This document shows, piece after piece, positions 20,217 through 29,659 of a DNA stretch of 64,000 nucleotides. The stretch lies in assembly GCA_945871105.1 (NCBI GenBank), contig CAMBUO010000003.1:9747-73746 (forward strand), read 5' to 3'. This stretch comes from an uncultured Clostridia bacterium (lineage in GTDB: Bacteria; Bacillota_I; Bacilli_A; RF39; UBA660). Each line of letters begins with the position of its first letter. The first letter of the stretch is position 1. The notes beneath the pieces are model-generated. The model searched no databases. It worked only from the letters and a program-made list of their open reading frames with translations, and was not told where the DNA came from. The translations under genes were made by a program, and so were the position numbers.

Positions 20217-20709
20217 CTAATTCATTTATTAAAGTATTAATATCTACTTCTGGTATACGTGTTGTAGAACATATTTTTAATAATTTACAAGCATCTATTG
20301 CTTTTCTACAAGAAATGATATTATAATGTTTCATTAATTTAATAATTTTTAATGTTCTAAAAACTTCTACTCCATTACTTTCTGAGTAATTCTTTAATCT
20401 ATTATCACCTGTAGCAAGTATACAATGATTGTCTCTTGCTATTACATAATTAAGTAAATCGTATGTTGATAATTTTTTTTCTATAATAGATAAACTACTT
20501 ACTTCCATTAATTGCATTGGTGTTGCAGATATAACTTTAAATTTATTAATTAATTTAATATTACCAGTTTTTGAATTTATTTCATCGTTTTTAATCATAT
20601 CACTTATGTAAACATTATCTAAATTAATAAATTCTTCTAATATATTGGCATTATTTAAGTCTGTTATTATATTTGTATCAGTAATTATTATCTTCGTTGT
20701 TATATTCAT
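20194..20709 (-). CDS. PIN-like domain protein (putative toxin/nuclease partner of XRE-ImmA)
   Basis: It shows IIITDTNIITDL (first acidic site) and ILATGDNRLK (distal acidic site) in a ~170-aa alpha/beta pattern. It overlaps the upstream regulator gene by 32 nt. Confidence 0.55.
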   Translation of the reverse strand: MNITTKIIITDTNIITDLNNANILEEFINLDNVYISDMIKNDEINSKTGNIKLINKFKVISATPMQLMEVSSLSIIEKKLSTYDLLNYVIARDNHCILATGDNRLKNYSESNGVEVFRTLKIIKLMKHYNIISCRKAIDACKLLKICSTTRIPEVDINTLINELEKDSVAV

Positions 20710-21715
20710 CTATTGTAACTCCTAATAGTTCACAAGCTTTATTTAAAGAAATTATTTTATCAGCTTCTAACTTGTGTATTATTCTTTTAAATTGATATGA
20801 TTTTTCAGGTTGAATAAGATCTGGATCATTTTTTCCTATACGTTGACTTAAAAATATGCTTAATTTTTTGTATAAATATTCAGATATAATGTTTAAATCT
20901 TTTAATCTATAGATAATAGCTGAATAACTAACTTTAAATTCATTTTTAAAAGCTATTAATTCAAAGAAACTTATATTATTTCTTGATATTCCAAATTCGT
21001 TTATTACTGCTTCTTTTGGCATTAATAGAGCACTTGCAAATCTATTACATAATTTTTCTTCATATTCACTATTTATATTCAATACTAAATGTCCTAATTC
21101 ATGGGCAATAGTAAATCTTTGTCTTGCTCCATCTTTTATACTATCAAGTAAAACAATAACAGGAATATTATTAACCAACTCACTTAATCCATCAAAATTA
21201 TCAAAACGATTATCAGGATTTTTAATTTGAATTATAATAATACCTAGATTTTCAAGAATATTAATTAAATCGGATATTGGTTGTTTATTTGATATTTTTA
21301 TATAATTTCGAAAATCATTTGCAGCATTTTCAGCTTCTTCAATGCTATTACATGTATATTTTTTTAATTTAATATTATTAGTATGTATATTATTTATTTC
21401 AATAATTTCTAAATACTTAGAAACTTCATTTTGTATTAATTCTTCTAAAAGTTCTAAATTTTGTCCAGTTAATCTTTTTTTCTTTCTAAATGAAGTAAAT
21501 TTCATTTCTGGTGGATTATAAACCTTTAATAAATCTATAGATTTAACTCCGTATGCATTGGCAAAATCAATTAACTTTTTTGAATCCGGTAAAATTTCAT
21601 CTTTTTCATATTTAGAAATAGCAGTGGCTGTCATATTAAGAAGATTACCAGCTTCTTTAAGTGATAAATTTTTTAATAATCTAATTCTTTTTAAATTTTT
21701 TCCAATTCCATTCAT
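20678..21715 (-). CDS. XRE-family HTH fused to ImmA/IrrE (COG2856) zinc metallopeptidase
   Basis: The N-terminal region LKRIRLLKNLSLKEAGNLLNMTATAISKYEKDE is an HTH_XRE. The central FTIAHELGHLVLN segment is an HEXXH zinc site. Confidence 0.85.
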   Translation of the reverse strand: MNGIGKNLKRIRLLKNLSLKEAGNLLNMTATAISKYEKDEILPDSKKLIDFANAYGVKSIDLLKVYNPPEMKFTSFRKKKRLTGQNLELLEELIQNEVSKYLEIIEINNIHTNNIKLKKYTCNSIEEAENAANDFRNYIKISNKQPISDLINILENLGIIIIQIKNPDNRFDNFDGLSELVNNIPVIVLLDSIKDGARQRFTIAHELGHLVLNINSEYEEKLCNRFASALLMPKEAVINEFGISRNNISFFELIAFKNEFKVSYSAIIYRLKDLNIISEYLYKKLSIFLSQRIGKNDPDLIQPEKSYQFKRIIHKLEADKIISLNKACELLGVTIDEYNNEDNNY

Positions 21716-21739
21716 ATAGTTATCTCCTTTATGGTTTAT

Positions 21740-21768
21740 ATTTTACTATAAAAAAGAAGAAATGTAAA
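21740..21768 (-). promoter_or_regulatory. Probable promoter of the XRE-ImmA/PIN operon, overlapping the left arm of an inverted repeat
   Basis: On the minus strand: TTTACA, 17-nt spacer, TAAAAT, located ~25 nt upstream of the AAGGAG RBS. Confidence 0.5.
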
Positions 21769-21896
21769 CTAAAAATATATCTTTATTTCTATAATTTTTA
21801 TTTCTTTATTTTAATAAAAACAAAATAAAGAAATTAAAATATAGAAATTATTAAATTATAATAAAAGAATTATTTAATTATTTTTAGTTTACATTT
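21760..21896. repeat. Nested inverted repeat (17-bp perfect outer arms, ~28-bp inner hairpin)
   Basis: The outer arm aaatgtaaactaaaaat (21760..21776) pairs with atttttagtttacattt (21880..21896). The inner arm tttctttatttt (21801..21812) pairs with aaaataaagaaa (21822..21833) and extends with one indel to 21785..21848. Confidence 0.8.
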
Positions 21897-21960
21897 TATA
21901 AATATAATCTTATCCTTATTAAATAAGTGAAAAAACCTATAAATAGTGTCAAAAAATAGT

Positions 21961-21989
21961 TGACATTTATGGTGTATTTCTGTATAATC
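21961..21989 (+). promoter_or_regulatory. Consensus sigma-A promoter of rplM-rpsI
   Basis: TTGACA, 17-nt spacer, TATAAT, all perfect. Confidence 0.8.
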
Positions 21990-22059
21990 TATATCGGTAC
22001 ATTGATTCCCGGGTAGTTTTGTGGTGGGAACACAAAGCTAAAAGAAGAGGAGAAAAGAA
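21990..22059 (+). promoter_or_regulatory. rplM 5' leader (possible L13 ribosomal-protein leader)
   Basis: A ~70-nt UTR with ttccc...gggaa pairing lies upstream of rplM. Firmicute rplM genes are known to carry an L13 autoregulatory leader. The structure was not verified here. Confidence 0.35.
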
Positions 22060-22491
22060 ATGAAAAGTTTTATACAAAGAAAAGAAGATATTGTTCGTTC
22101 TTGGTATGTAATTGATGCTAAGGATGAATCATTAGGTCGTGTAGCTACAAAAGCAGCACATATTTTAAGAGGAAAGCATAAAGTAACATATACCCCAAAT
22201 GTTGATTGTGGTGATTATGTTATCATTATTAATGCTAAAAAAGTTAATTTAACTGGTAATAAGTTGAATGATAAGATGTATTATAATCATTCTATGTATC
22301 CAGGTGGATTAAGAGAGAGAAATGCAAAAGAAATGCGTGAAAATTATCCAATTGAAATGATTGAAAGGGCAGTTAAAGGAATGCTACCACATAATCGTTT
22401 AGGAAGAGCTATGGGTAAAAAGTTATTTGTTTATGAAGGAGAAAATCATCCACATACAGCACAAAAACCTACCCAAATAGAAGTTAAATAG
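22060..22491 (+). CDS. rplM: 50S ribosomal protein L13
   Basis: [27 protein letters not shown] ... MLPHNRLGR. Confidence 0.97.
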   Translation: MKSFIQRKEDIVRSWYVIDAKDESLGRVATKAAHILRGKHKVTYTPNVDCGDYVIIINAKKVNLTGNKLNDKMYYNHSMYPGGLRERNAKEMRENYPIEMIERAVKGMLPHNRLGRAMGKKLFVYEGENHPHTAQKPTQIEVK

Positions 22492-22503
22492 GAGGATAAT
22501 AAG

Positions 22504-22917
22504 ATGGCAAAAGAATATTTCGCTACTGGAAAAAGAAAAGGTAGTATTGCAAAAGTTAAATTAACAAGTGGAAAAGGAAAAATTACTGTTAATGGACGTG
22601 ATGTTCGTGAATATTTTCCATTTGAAACATTAGTAATGGATTTAGAACAACCATTAGTTTTAACTAATACTAAAGAATTATTTGATATTGAAGTAACAAC
22701 TTATGGTGGAGGATTTAGAGGACAATCAGGTGCAATTCGTTTAGGAATTACTAGAGCTTTACTTGAATATGATTCAACTACAAGTAAAGATAGTGAAAAT
22801 AGCTTTAGAAAAACTTTAAAAGCTGCTGGATTAATTACTCGTGATCCAAGAGTTAAAGAACGTAAGAAATATGGTCTTAAAAAAGCTCGTCGTGCTCCAC
22901 AATTTAGTAAACGTTAG
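22504..22917 (+). CDS. rpsI: 30S ribosomal protein S9
   Basis: GTGKRK-like N-terminus, [19 protein letters not shown], and C-terminal [12 protein letters not shown]. Confidence 0.97.
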   Translation: MAKEYFATGKRKGSIAKVKLTSGKGKITVNGRDVREYFPFETLVMDLEQPLVLTNTKELFDIEVTTYGGGFRGQSGAIRLGITRALLEYDSTTSKDSENSFRKTLKAAGLITRDPRVKERKKYGLKKARRAPQFSKR

Positions 22918-22923
22918 TATAGT

Positions 22924-22960
22924 AAACCTTGTAAACTTTATGTTTATGAGGTTTTTTCTT
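22924..22960 (+). terminator. rplM-rpsI terminator
   Basis: A 13-bp stem (aaaccttgtaaac / gtttatgaggttt, with two G-U pairs), a 5-nt loop and a T-run. Confidence 0.7.
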
Positions 22961-22995
22961 TTAAAATATTCTTATATAATAATTTTGAGGTGTTT

Positions 22996-23838
22996 ATGCA
23001 TATATTTATAATTAATCCAAAAGCAGGAAATGGAAGGGGAATTGAATTAATTCCTAGATTAAATGAAATAAAAGAAAAAATTATCTATGTTACTAAAGAA
23101 AAAGGTGATGCAACTAAATTTTTATTAGATGTTGCTAGTAAATATCCCAATAGTATTGTTTATAGTGTTGGTGGAGATGGAACTTTAAATGAAGTAGTTA
23201 ATGGAATATCTGAGACAAATTGTAAACTACATATTGTTCCTTTTGGTAGTGGAAATGATTATCATCGTATAATTAAAAATATTTATGAGGATAAAGTTGA
23301 TATAGGTGATGTAAACGGTCATAAATTTATTAATATAGCATCAATTGGAATTGATGCTGATATTGTTGATGAAGTCAATAAAGATACTAATAATTTTTTA
23401 AAATATCAAAGAAATATTCTAAAACAATTAATTTTTTATAAGAAAAAAGAAATTAGTATTGCTGAAAAACAAAAACTAATTAATATTTTGACAGTTTGTA
23501 AAGGAAAATATTATGGAAATGGAGTACCTATTAATCCTAATTATAATCTAAATAATCATTTATTTAATTTAATTGAAGCAAGTAATCTTTCTAATTTAGA
23601 AATGTTAAAATGTTTTTTACAAATTTTTCAAGGAAAACATTTGGATTATCCTAAAGTAAATGCATCATTTGTAACTAATTTACAAATTAATAGTAAAATA
23701 CCTATTTTATGTAATGTTGATGGAGAAGTTTTTCAAGATACATCTTTTAATTTTAAATTAATTCCTGATGGTATTACAGTTACTAATAATATACCAGCTA
23801 AAATAAAAAGAATGATCTATAATCACTCTAATATTTAA
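22996..23838 (+). CDS. Diacylglycerol/lipid kinase family protein (DAGK catalytic domain)
   Basis: IINPKAGNG and GGDGTLNEVVNG motifs. The start is taken at the ATG 7 nt after GAGG; the ORF-track GTG is at 22990. Confidence 0.8.
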   Translation: MHIFIINPKAGNGRGIELIPRLNEIKEKIIYVTKEKGDATKFLLDVASKYPNSIVYSVGGDGTLNEVVNGISETNCKLHIVPFGSGNDYHRIIKNIYEDKVDIGDVNGHKFINIASIGIDADIVDEVNKDTNNFLKYQRNILKQLIFYKKKEISIAEKQKLINILTVCKGKYYGNGVPINPNYNLNNHLFNLIEASNLSNLEMLKCFLQIFQGKHLDYPKVNASFVTNLQINSKIPILCNVDGEVFQDTSFNFKLIPDGITVTNNIPAKIKRMIYNHSNI

Positions 23839-24835
23839 CTTTATTAATTGGTTCAATATGCCAATCTTCTTTGTAACTAGCATTTAAAAGAGGAAAGGTT
23901 AAACCAAATCTACTAGCATTTTGATGAGCCCATCCCATACTTGGACAATTAGAATCATTTCTTCCATATCCACAGGCATAACCATTACTTTGATAAAATT
24001 CTAAGTCAGAAGCAATACCAAAACCATGTAAAGAATAACCAGGATAAGCAGCTCTTCCTCTTGTCATAGTATTATAATAATATGTTTGTGTATGATAAGT
24101 TCTACAACCTTGAGTACTAAAAGTAATCGTAAAACCATTTGCATTAGCTTCCTTAATAAAAGCTGTTAATCTAGTATAAAAATAATTATTATAACCATAG
24201 GGATTATTGTATCCTTCTAAACTAGGATTATTAGGACAACTTGTTCCCGAATAGGTTGACCAATTACCATTTATTAATTGAGGATAATAAAATACTCCAT
24301 TTTCAACATAGACATTATTTTGTTTATTATAATCAGTTTCTTGTAAATTTAAAGTATCTTTATTTTCTTCTTTAGAATTTTCTTCTGAATTAATTGCTGA
24401 ACTTATTAACTTTTCAACTTTCGTTAATTCCTTATTTTCTGATTTAGTAGGATTATTAACAGCAATAATAAGGGTGTTTTCTAAATAATTATTTTTTATT
24501 TCATCTGCTAAATCTTTTTTATTTAACATTTTATATACTTTTTTATATTCTTTAAGAACATAACTATTAGCATAATTATAACAAACATTAGTTTTTTTAT
24601 TTAATCCATTATGTAAAGCTAAAGCTAGAACAAATACCATAATAATAACCATAAAACTTTTAGTTTGTTGTTTAAAAAAGTTAATAGTTATTTTTTCTTT
24701 CTTTTCTTTACATTTAATGATTTTTATTAATAGTTTTTCAAAATAGATTAAAGGAATAATAGTCATGGAAATGCCTAAAAAAAGTTTTAAATAATAGGTA
24801 AAAGTTAATAAACTTAAATTATTACATGTAAACAT
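23828..24835 (-). CDS. Membrane-anchored VanY/M15B-type D-alanyl-D-alanine carboxypeptidase
   Basis: N-terminal TM helices. Zinc ligands fit the SLHGFGIASD and EDWHIEP pattern. GGGGGAAT RBS. Confidence 0.75.
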   Translation of the reverse strand: MFTCNNLSLLTFTYYLKLFLGISMTIIPLIYFEKLLIKIIKCKEKKEKITINFFKQQTKSFMVIIMVFVLALALHNGLNKKTNVCYNYANSYVLKEYKKVYKMLNKKDLADEIKNNYLENTLIIAVNNPTKSENKELTKVEKLISSAINSEENSKEENKDTLNLQETDYNKQNNVYVENGVFYYPQLINGNWSTYSGTSCPNNPSLEGYNNPYGYNNYFYTRLTAFIKEANANGFTITFSTQGCRTYHTQTYYYNTMTRGRAAYPGYSLHGFGIASDLEFYQSNGYACGYGRNDSNCPSMGWAHQNASRFGLTFPLLNASYKEDWHIEPINKVKY

Positions 24836-24905
24836 ATTATTCCCCCTAAAACGGGCTTATTATAGCATAAAATAGTAAAAAAAGCAATTTCTTTTAAAAA
24901 AAGAC

Positions 24906-24934
24906 TTGGCAATTAATTTAAAAAATGATAATAT
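24906..24934 (+). promoter_or_regulatory. tyrS promoter
   Basis: TTGGCA, 17-nt spacer with a TGn extension, TAATAT. Confidence 0.55.
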
Positions 24935-24939
24935 ATAAA

Positions 24940-25138
24940 CATATTTAACAAAGAAATTTATTTTTAAGTATTAAATTATTTAAGAGAGTTAGTGGTTGGT
25001 GTAAACTAATAGGTTTAATATGGAAGTTACGTAAATGGAGTTAAATCGCATGTATGCGTTATCATAATAAGTGTAATTACATTACAAAATAAGGTGGTAC
25101 CACGGTTATTTCGTCCTTAGTTTGTAATGTTTTTTTTA
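24940..25138 (+). promoter_or_regulatory. T-box leader (Tyr specifier UAC) with terminator/antiterminator
   Basis: An AGAGA stem-I element is followed by a specifier region (gaaguUACg). The T-box sequence is aaataaGGTGGTACCACGG (25088..25105). The terminator arms are cattacaaa (25080..25088) and tttgtaatg (25121..25129), followed by a U-run. Confidence 0.85.
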
Positions 25139-25156
25139 AAATTTAAGGAGGAAAAT

Positions 25157-26383
25157 ATGACATTATTTGAAGATTTAAAATGGAGAGGACTTATTAAAGA
25201 TATTACGAGTCCTGAACTTGAAGAAAAATTAAATAAAGGAGGAATGACTTTTTATATTGGAACGGATCCAACAGCAGATAGTATGCATATTGGTCATTTA
25301 TCAAGTTTCTTAATTACCAAAAGATTAAAAGATGCTGGGCATCATCCTATTTTATTAGTAGGTGGAGGAACTGGATTAATTGGTGATCCAAAAGCTACTT
25401 GTGAAAGAGATCGTACCCCAAGAGAAGTAATTGAAAAAAATTATTTAGGTTTAAGAAAACAAGTTGAAGATATCTTTGGTTTTGAAGTTGTTAACAATTT
25501 AGATTGGTATCAAGATATTAATATGATAGATTTTCTAAGAGACTATGGTAAATATTTTTCTATTAATTATATGTTAGATAAAGATACAGTTCGTAAAAGA
25601 TTAGAAAGTGGTATTTCTTTTACAGAATTTTCTTACATGATTTTACAGGCAATTGACTTTTTACATTTACATCAGACTAAAGGTGTAGATTTACAAGTAG
25701 CTGGATCTGATCAATGGGGAAATATTACAGCTGGAGTTGACTTAATCAAAAAAGCAACTGGCGATACAGTTTACGCCTTTACAATGCCCCTTGTAACAGA
25801 TAGTCGAGGTGTTAAATTTGGTAAAAGTGAAGGAAATGCTTTATGGCTTGATAAGAATAAAACTTCTTCTTATGAATTATATCAATTCTTAGTAAATGTT
25901 GAAGATAGCATGGTAATTGATTACTTAAAAATATATACTTTCTTATCAAAAGAAGAAATTGAAAAATATGCAGAAGTTAATCAAAATGAACCTCATTTAA
26001 GACTTGCTCATAAAAAATTAGCTGAAGAAATTATTACATTTTTACATGGACATGAAGAATATGAAAAAGCTGTTCATATAAGTGAATCTTTATTTAAAGG
26101 TAATATCAAAGAATTAAGTAAAGATGAATTAATTGATGCATCTAAAAATATGGATAGTTATACCCTTGATGAGGATATGAATTTAGTTGATTTATTAGTA
26201 AATGCTAATATTACTTCTAGTAAAAGAGAAGCTCGTGAATTTATAACTAATAATTCTATTTCAATTAATGGAGAAAAAGTAAATGATTTGGATTTTATTG
26301 TTACTAAAGAAAATGCTTTATATCAAGAATTTACAATTATTCGTAAGGGTAAAAAGAAATATTATGTAATTAAACATAAGTAA
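25157..26383 (+). CDS. tyrS: Tyrosine--tRNA ligase
   Basis: HIGH motif is SMHIGHL, KMSKS-like motif is KFGKSEG, and there is a C-terminal S4 domain. The start follows GGAGGA; the ORF-track start at 25127 falls inside the T-box terminator. Confidence 0.95.
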   Translation: MTLFEDLKWRGLIKDITSPELEEKLNKGGMTFYIGTDPTADSMHIGHLSSFLITKRLKDAGHHPILLVGGGTGLIGDPKATCERDRTPREVIEKNYLGLRKQVEDIFGFEVVNNLDWYQDINMIDFLRDYGKYFSINYMLDKDTVRKRLESGISFTEFSYMILQAIDFLHLHQTKGVDLQVAGSDQWGNITAGVDLIKKATGDTVYAFTMPLVTDSRGVKFGKSEGNALWLDKNKTSSYELYQFLVNVEDSMVIDYLKIYTFLSKEEIEKYAEVNQNEPHLRLAHKKLAEEIITFLHGHEEYEKAVHISESLFKGNIKELSKDELIDASKNMDSYTLDEDMNLVDLLVNANITSSKREAREFITNNSISINGEKVNDLDFIVTKENALYQEFTIIRKGKKKYYVIKHK

Positions 26384-26427
26384 TTGTTAAAACAAGAAAA
26401 ATATGTTACTATTATGTAGGTGAGAAA

Positions 26428-27861
26428 ATGAGTAAAAGTAGTAAAACTAATAAAGATATTAAAGAAGAAAAAAAACAAGTAAAAAAAATTAAAAAAGAAA
26501 AAAAGGATTATCTTTTATTAAGAAAAAAAGCTATAACAATAGGAATTATATGTCTTAGTATTGTTGTTATTGAATTAATTGTTATGTTAATAATGCATTT
26601 AGTTAGAGAAAGTAAAATAACTTATATTGATGCTTTATATCATATTGAAAATGTTGATAATTCTTATTATATTGCAGCAGGATCTAGTAATTTTAAACAT
26701 AGTCGTTATAATAATACATTTTTATATGAATATACAAGTGAAGAAGATAAAAATAATGTTCAAAAGATTTACGCAGAAAAAGCTAAATTAGTAAAATTGG
26801 ATAAAGAATTAAATATAGTTTTTGAAAGTACTTTTAAAAGTGATTATGATTCTTGCTTTTATGATGTTAGTAAAGTAGAAGATGGCTTTATTGCTGTTGG
26901 TAGTTATATTTATGATAAAAAACAAATAGGTTTAAAAACTAGGGATGGCTTAATTGTTAAATATGATTTAGACGGTAAAGTATTATGGAGTAAGAATTAT
27001 CAAGTATTAGGAGATACGGAGTTTAAAGATATTTTAGTTGTTGAAGATGGTTTTATTGTTGTTGGTCAAAGTATTTATGAAAATATGGAAATAGGTAATC
27101 ATCCTGATGGTGGAGGAATCATTGTAAAATATGATTTTGATGGTAATATTATTTGGAAAAATAATTTTGGTGGTAATAAATCAGGTATTTTTGCAAGTAT
27201 CGTTAAAGTTGATGATGGTTATATAGCAGGTGGAAAAGATGCGGCTAATTATGGTATGCTTGTTAAATTTGATTTAGAAGGAAATCGTCTTTGGGTTAAA
27301 AATTATGCTAATACAGACACTTTTGGTTTTACTGATTTAAAAATTAAAGATGATAAATTATATATAGCATCTAGTTATAATGTTTCAGATTTAAAAGATG
27401 AAGAAGATAATCCTATTTATAAATATGATCCATGTATCTTTATCTATGATTTAAATGGAGAATTACTTGATAAAATTACTTTAACTGGTAATAGTGATGA
27501 TCGTTTTAACTCTTTAGTTTTATTAGATGATAAAATAGTAACAGTTGGTTATACTAAATCTAGTGATTTTCCAATTGATAATTTAAAATATAAAAAAGAT
27601 ATGGCTGAATCCTTTATTATAGAGTTTGATTATAATGGAAAAGTAATAAAAAAAGCTGTTTATGGTGGTAGTAAAAATGATATTTTAAGTCAAGTTATTG
27701 TTGCTATTCCTGATACAGCTAATGAAATAAATAAAACTAATGATTATATAGCAGTTGGTTATTCAAATAGTCGTCATGGTTTATTTAAAGGTAATGGTAA
27801 AGATTATTATTCTAAAGTATTAAGATATAGTGATGATTTAGAACTATTAATAGAAAAATAG
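26428..27861 (+). CDS. Membrane-anchored repeat protein (probable beta-propeller)
   Basis: A K-rich N-terminus and one TM helix are followed by about 6 repeats of a ~60-aa unit (DGFIAVGS / DGFIVVGQS / DGYIAGGK / DKIVTVGYT / YIAVGYS ... G..LW.KNY). Confidence 0.6.
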   Translation: MSKSSKTNKDIKEEKKQVKKIKKEKKDYLLLRKKAITIGIICLSIVVIELIVMLIMHLVRESKITYIDALYHIENVDNSYYIAAGSSNFKHSRYNNTFLYEYTSEEDKNNVQKIYAEKAKLVKLDKELNIVFESTFKSDYDSCFYDVSKVEDGFIAVGSYIYDKKQIGLKTRDGLIVKYDLDGKVLWSKNYQVLGDTEFKDILVVEDGFIVVGQSIYENMEIGNHPDGGGIIVKYDFDGNIIWKNNFGGNKSGIFASIVKVDDGYIAGGKDAANYGMLVKFDLEGNRLWVKNYANTDTFGFTDLKIKDDKLYIASSYNVSDLKDEEDNPIYKYDPCIFIYDLNGELLDKITLTGNSDDRFNSLVLLDDKIVTVGYTKSSDFPIDNLKYKKDMAESFIIEFDYNGKVIKKAVYGGSKNDILSQVIVAIPDTANEINKTNDYIAVGYSNSRHGLFKGNGKDYYSKVLRYSDDLELLIEK

Positions 27862-27878
27862 TTCTTTTTTTTAAAGAA

Positions 27879-28271
27879 CTATCTTTGTTTAGCTTTAATT
27901 CTTTCACTACGATATTTAGAAAATTCTAAACCACGTTCATGAAAAATTAAAATTAATTTACTTACATAGTAGTTTTGCCAACCAGTAATTGATTGATCAT
28001 TGAAAACACAAGGATGAGTTTGAATATCAATTAAATCATAAGCATCTTCGATGTTGGATTCATTACTTAAAGATTGCATACATTTAACAGCAGCAGTAAA
28101 ACTTGCTAATTGGTAATTAAAATCATTAATATTACTATTTTTTTGCAAAGATTTAATAACAGTTTGATACCATGCTTGTTTTAGTTCAGGTCTAATAGTT
28201 CTACAACCATCACTTAAAATATTTGCAAACTTATTAGTAATATCAGTTTCATTAATACTATTATTTTCCAT
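27879..28271 (-). CDS. Hypothetical cytoplasmic protein
   Basis: 130-aa ORF. The start is placed at the ATG after the GGGGGAAATA RBS; the ORF-track start is 28325. Confidence 0.5.
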   Translation of the reverse strand: MENNSINETDITNKFANILSDGCRTIRPELKQAWYQTVIKSLQKNSNINDFNYQLASFTAAVKCMQSLSNESNIEDAYDLIDIQTHPCVFNDQSITGWQNYYVSKLILIFHERGLEFSKYRSERIKAKQR

Positions 28272-28408
28272 ATTTCCCCCTTCATAAAACGAGCATATTA
28301 TACCAAAATATTTATAAAAAGTCAAAGAAAAAGAAAATTCACATAAATTTCATTTAATTAATAGTTAAAATGTGATATGATATTAATATAATTTAAAGGG
28401 AGATATGT

Positions 28409-29650
28409 ATGAAAGATAAATTAAAAGATAGTTTTAAAAATCTTAAGTATAAACTAAAAAAGTCATTTAAATTTGTATCTAAAAAAAATCAATATAACTT
28501 TATGGAAGTTGTTGCTATTATGATTATTACAACTATTTTTGGTATGTTTCTAGGTGGTATTTTAATGTATCGAAAAGGATCATTAAATATGGGGATTAAG
28601 AAAGAATTAAATGAGTTTTTAGATACTTATACTGAGATTTTAAATGAATACTATGAAGAAATACCTGAAAATGAATTATTAGAAGCAGGTGTAAAAGGTA
28701 TGATAGGATACTTAGGTGATCCATATTCCGTTTATATGGATAAAGATACAAGTGTAGCTTTTAATGAAAAAATAAATGGTGAATACGTAGGAATTGGTAC
28801 CGAGATTATTCAATATTCTGATGGTAAAATTGAATTTAATGATGTTTATGAAGATGGACCAGCTTATGAAGCCGGTATTAGAGTTAAAGATATTTTAATT
28901 AAGGTTGATGATACTGATATAAGTGATAAAACTTTAAGTGAAGTATCTAGTTTAGTTAAAGGAAAAGCTGGAACTAAAGTAAAAATTACTGTTTTACGTG
29001 ATGATGAAGAAAAAATATTTGAAGTAAAAAGAAAAAGTATTGATATTACTTCTGTTAATTCGGATATTATTGAATATAAAGATTCTAAAGTAGGAGTTCT
29101 TACAATTAGTCTTTTTGCTGCTAATACAAATCTACAATTTGAAAAAGAATTAAAGGAATTAGAAAAGAAAAAAATTGATTCTTTAATTATTGATGTTCGT
29201 GGTAACAGTGGAGGATATTTAAATGTAGTATCGGATATACTATCTCATTTTATTAAAAAAGGTGAAATGTTATATCAATTAAAAACAAAAGATAAAATTG
29301 AAAAAATATATGATAAAACAGAAGATAAAAGGAATTATAAAGTTGCAATTTTAGTAAATGGTGGATCAGCATCTGCTAGTGAATTATTAGCTTCTTGTAT
29401 GAAAGATACTTATAAAGCTTATACAGTTGGTACTGTTACCTATGGTAAAAGTAAAGTTCAAAAAACACAGGATTTAAGTAATGGTGCAACAATTAAATTT
29501 ACTTTCCAAGAATGGTTAATGCCAAGTGGAGAAAGTGTTGGTGGTAAAGGAATGGAACCTGAATATGTTGTTCCATATGAAGCAAGTGATACTGAGCATG
29601 AATATGATAGTCAAATGCAAAAAGCATTGGATTTATTAACAGAAGAATAG
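28409..29650 (+). CDS. S41 family carboxy-terminal processing peptidase (Ctp-like) with PDZ domain
   Basis: An N-terminal TM helix and a PDZ domain (GPAYEAGIRVKDILIKVDD) are followed by the catalytic region DVRGNSGGY ... SASASE ... GKSKVQ. Confidence 0.85.
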   Translation: MKDKLKDSFKNLKYKLKKSFKFVSKKNQYNFMEVVAIMIITTIFGMFLGGILMYRKGSLNMGIKKELNEFLDTYTEILNEYYEEIPENELLEAGVKGMIGYLGDPYSVYMDKDTSVAFNEKINGEYVGIGTEIIQYSDGKIEFNDVYEDGPAYEAGIRVKDILIKVDDTDISDKTLSEVSSLVKGKAGTKVKITVLRDDEEKIFEVKRKSIDITSVNSDIIEYKDSKVGVLTISLFAANTNLQFEKELKELEKKKIDSLIIDVRGNSGGYLNVVSDILSHFIKKGEMLYQLKTKDKIEKIYDKTEDKRNYKVAILVNGGSASASELLASCMKDTYKAYTVGTVTYGKSKVQKTQDLSNGATIKFTFQEWLMPSGESVGGKGMEPEYVVPYEASDTEHEYDSQMQKALDLLTEE

Positions 29651-29659
29651 GAGAATTTT

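Noticed and set aside
21880-21912. Resemblance of the inverted-repeat arm (aaATGTAAACT) to the XerD-side arm of the Bacillus dif site (ttATGTAAACT, recalled from memory), suggesting a dif or IMEX attachment site.
   Set aside because: Only the 9-nt half-site matches. The would-be XerC arm (ggataagatta) does not resemble ACTTCCTAGAA. The 9-mer is AT-rich enough to occur by chance in a window of this size.
25127-25156. N-terminal extension of tyrS proposed by the ORF track (MFFLKFKEEN...).
   Set aside because: The ATG at 25127 sits inside the 3' arm and U-run of the T-box terminator. The ATG at 25157 follows a GGAGGA RBS and gives the conserved TyrRS N-terminus.
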